This document shows, piece by piece, positions 62,814-64,000 of a DNA stretch of 64,000 nucleotides. The position numbers and the translations under genes are program-made. Each line of letters begins with the position of its first letter. Position 1 is the stretch's first letter. The stretch is from positions 81,266 to 145,265 of the forward strand of contig CAVXIG010000010.1 in assembly GCA_963761645.1 (NCBI GenBank), read 5' to 3'. This stretch comes from an uncultured Acidobacteriota bacterium. Its GTDB lineage: Bacteria; Acidobacteriota; Thermoanaerobaculia; Multivoradales; UBA5704. Below the pieces are notes generated by a model. The model was not told the origin of the DNA, made no database searches, and was given only the letters and a program-made list of their open reading frames with translations.

Positions 62814-63794
62814 ATGCCCCCCCTCCGCCTCCACCCCACCGATCCCCGCTACTTCGCGGACGCCGAAGGCCGCCGCGTCGTCCTCGCCGGCTCCCATCAC
62901 TGGGACAGCCTGATCGACAACGCCGAGCGCCCCGGCGGCTTCGACTTCGAGCGCTACCTGGACCGTCTCGCCGGCTGGGGGCACAACTTCATCCGCCTCT
63001 GGACCCACGAGGCCTGGACGCATGACCTCCACCCCCGCGTCTACGAACGGACCGGCCCCGGCCGCGCCCTCGACGGCCGCCCGCGCTTCGACCTCACCCG
63101 CTTCGATCCCGAGTACTTCGACCGCCTCCGCGGCCGGGTGGTCCGCGCCGGCGAACGGGGCTTCCATGTCTCGGTGATGCTCTTCAACGGCTGGTCGATC
63201 CACAACAAGGGCGAAGGCAACCCCTGGGACCGCCACCCCTTCAACCGCGAGAACAACATCCACCGCATCGACGGCGATCCCGACGCCCGCGGCGAGGGCT
63301 CGGACGTCCACACCCTGCGAGTCCCGGAGATCACCCGCCTCCAGGAGGCTTACGTCGAAAAGGTTGTGGAGACCGTGGGAGACCTCGATCACGTTCTCTG
63401 GGAGATCTCGAACGAGAGCCCGAGGGAGTCGGTCCCCTGGCAATATCATCTGATCGATTCTCTGAAAGTGATCGATTCCAACCGTCACCCCATCGGCATG
63501 ACGGCCACCTTCCCCGGCAACCGCAACGAAGACCTCTTCAAGAGCCCCGCCGACTGGATCTCCCCCGGCAACAAGGGGGGCTGGCGCCGCAATCCTCCCC
63601 CGGCGGATGGGAGGAAAGTGGTGATCGTGGATACCGATCACCTCTGGGGGATCGGAGGGGACGCGGACTGGGTGCGGCGGATGTTCCGGCTCGGGTATCA
63701 GGTGCTTTACATGGACCCGCTGGATGAGGATCCGGTGCGGGAGGGGGCGCGGCGGGCCATGGGAGAGGCCTTGCGAAGCCTAAGCGCGGTTTGA
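62814..63794 (+). CDS. glycoside hydrolase, GH5-like (DUF4038/GH140-like) family
   Basis: 326 aa intact; ...HNFIRLWTHEAW...VMLFNGWS...LWEISNES (NE acid/base-like motif)...VVIVDTDHLWG... Confidence 0.55.
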   Translation: MPPLRLHPTDPRYFADAEGRRVVLAGSHHWDSLIDNAERPGGFDFERYLDRLAGWGHNFIRLWTHEAWTHDLHPRVYERTGPGRALDGRPRFDLTRFDPEYFDRLRGRVVRAGERGFHVSVMLFNGWSIHNKGEGNPWDRHPFNRENNIHRIDGDPDARGEGSDVHTLRVPEITRLQEAYVEKVVETVGDLDHVLWEISNESPRESVPWQYHLIDSLKVIDSNRHPIGMTATFPGNRNEDLFKSPADWISPGNKGGWRRNPPPADGRKVVIVDTDHLWGIGGDADWVRRMFRLGYQVLYMDPLDEDPVREGARRAMGEALRSLSAV

Positions 63795-64000
63795 CCTTTC
63801 CATCGCGGCCCGGATCGCCCGTCCGAGACGCCGGATGCCCTCTTCGATCCGCTCCGGGGGGAGACTCGTGAAGTTCAGGCGCATCGAGCGGTCGCCGCCC
63901 GGGTCTCCGGCGCAGAAGACCACGCCCGGGCTGAAGGCGACGCTCTCCGTCTCCACGGCGGCGCGCAGCAGCTCGGCCGCGTCGAGGCCGGGCGGCAGCT
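63780..64000 (-). CDS. PLP-dependent aminotransferase (class I/II, MocR-like), C-terminal fragment; gene continues beyond window end
   Basis: Minus-strand translation ...LPPGLDAAELLRAAVETESVAFSPGVVFCAGDPGGDRSMRLNFTSLPPERIEEGIRRLGRAIRAAMERSNRA* matches aminotransferase C-terminal small domain; overlaps GH gene stop convergently. Confidence 0.5.
   Translation of the reverse strand, partial: LPPGLDAAELLRAAVETESVAFSPGVVFCAGDPGGDRSMRLNFTSLPPERIEEGIRRLGRAIRAAMERSNRA

Overview
G+C-rich bacterial chromosomal segment (third codon positions almost uniformly G/C), about 60 genes on both strands, with Gram-negative hallmarks: TonB C-terminal domain, lipobox lipoproteins, an outer-membrane beta-barrel C-terminus and Wzx flippases. 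The window is a mosaic. (1) 1-20 kb: housekeeping and accessory genes, including VapBC, a secreted alpha/beta hydrolase, a roughly 1050-aa outer-membrane protein with HExxH, TolB-like beta-propeller and beta-barrel domains, SufT, a flavin-dependent halogenase, RNase E/G, a DUF433/DUF5615 pair, a fused E1 2-oxoacid dehydrogenase and two translationally coupled secreted amidohydrolases. (2) 22.2-28.7 kb: a tightly overlapping operon for CoA-dependent aerobic aromatic-acid catabolism (FAD monooxygenase, OYE reductase, enoyl-CoA hydratase, acyl-CoA dehydrogenase, aryl-CoA ligase, RidA deaminase), resembling the 2-aminobenzoyl-CoA / salicylyl-CoA hybrid pathways. (3) 29.5-32.6 kb: an accessory island holding an orphan Cys/Thr-rich RiPP-like precursor with a Gly-Gly leader, flanked by 31-bp direct repeats and a remnant RidA 3-prime fragment. 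Next to it lie a dense array of CATTCCCC/GGGGAATG motifs and an IS110-family transposase. (4) 33-41.7 kb: cardiolipin synthase, a 42-bp tandem-repeat array, cytochrome P450, NIPSNAP, DoxX, a BrnT/BrnA toxin-antitoxin pair, an O-methyltransferase, an epimerase and a methyltransferase. (5) 41.7-64 kb: two tandem paralogous secreted proteins of unknown function, then a polysaccharide or glycoconjugate locus. The locus has two Wzx-type flippases, two GT-C membrane glycosyltransferases, a GT4, epimerases, a Gfo/Idh/MocA oxidoreductase, a sugar nucleotidyltransferase, two sulfatase-like lipoproteins lacking the CxPxR motif, an SGNH hydrolase with a C-terminal dockerin, a GH5-like hydrolase and a second HicB-DUF433/DUF5615 pair. 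Global caveat: more than 30 reading frames are broken by single-base frameshifts while neighbouring genes are intact. This is most consistent with uncorrected indel errors in the assembly, for example an unpolished long-read metagenome-assembled genome, so CDS coordinates for frameshifted genes span the reconstructed gene. Several coordinates may also be off by 1 because of ambiguity in my own reading of the sequence.
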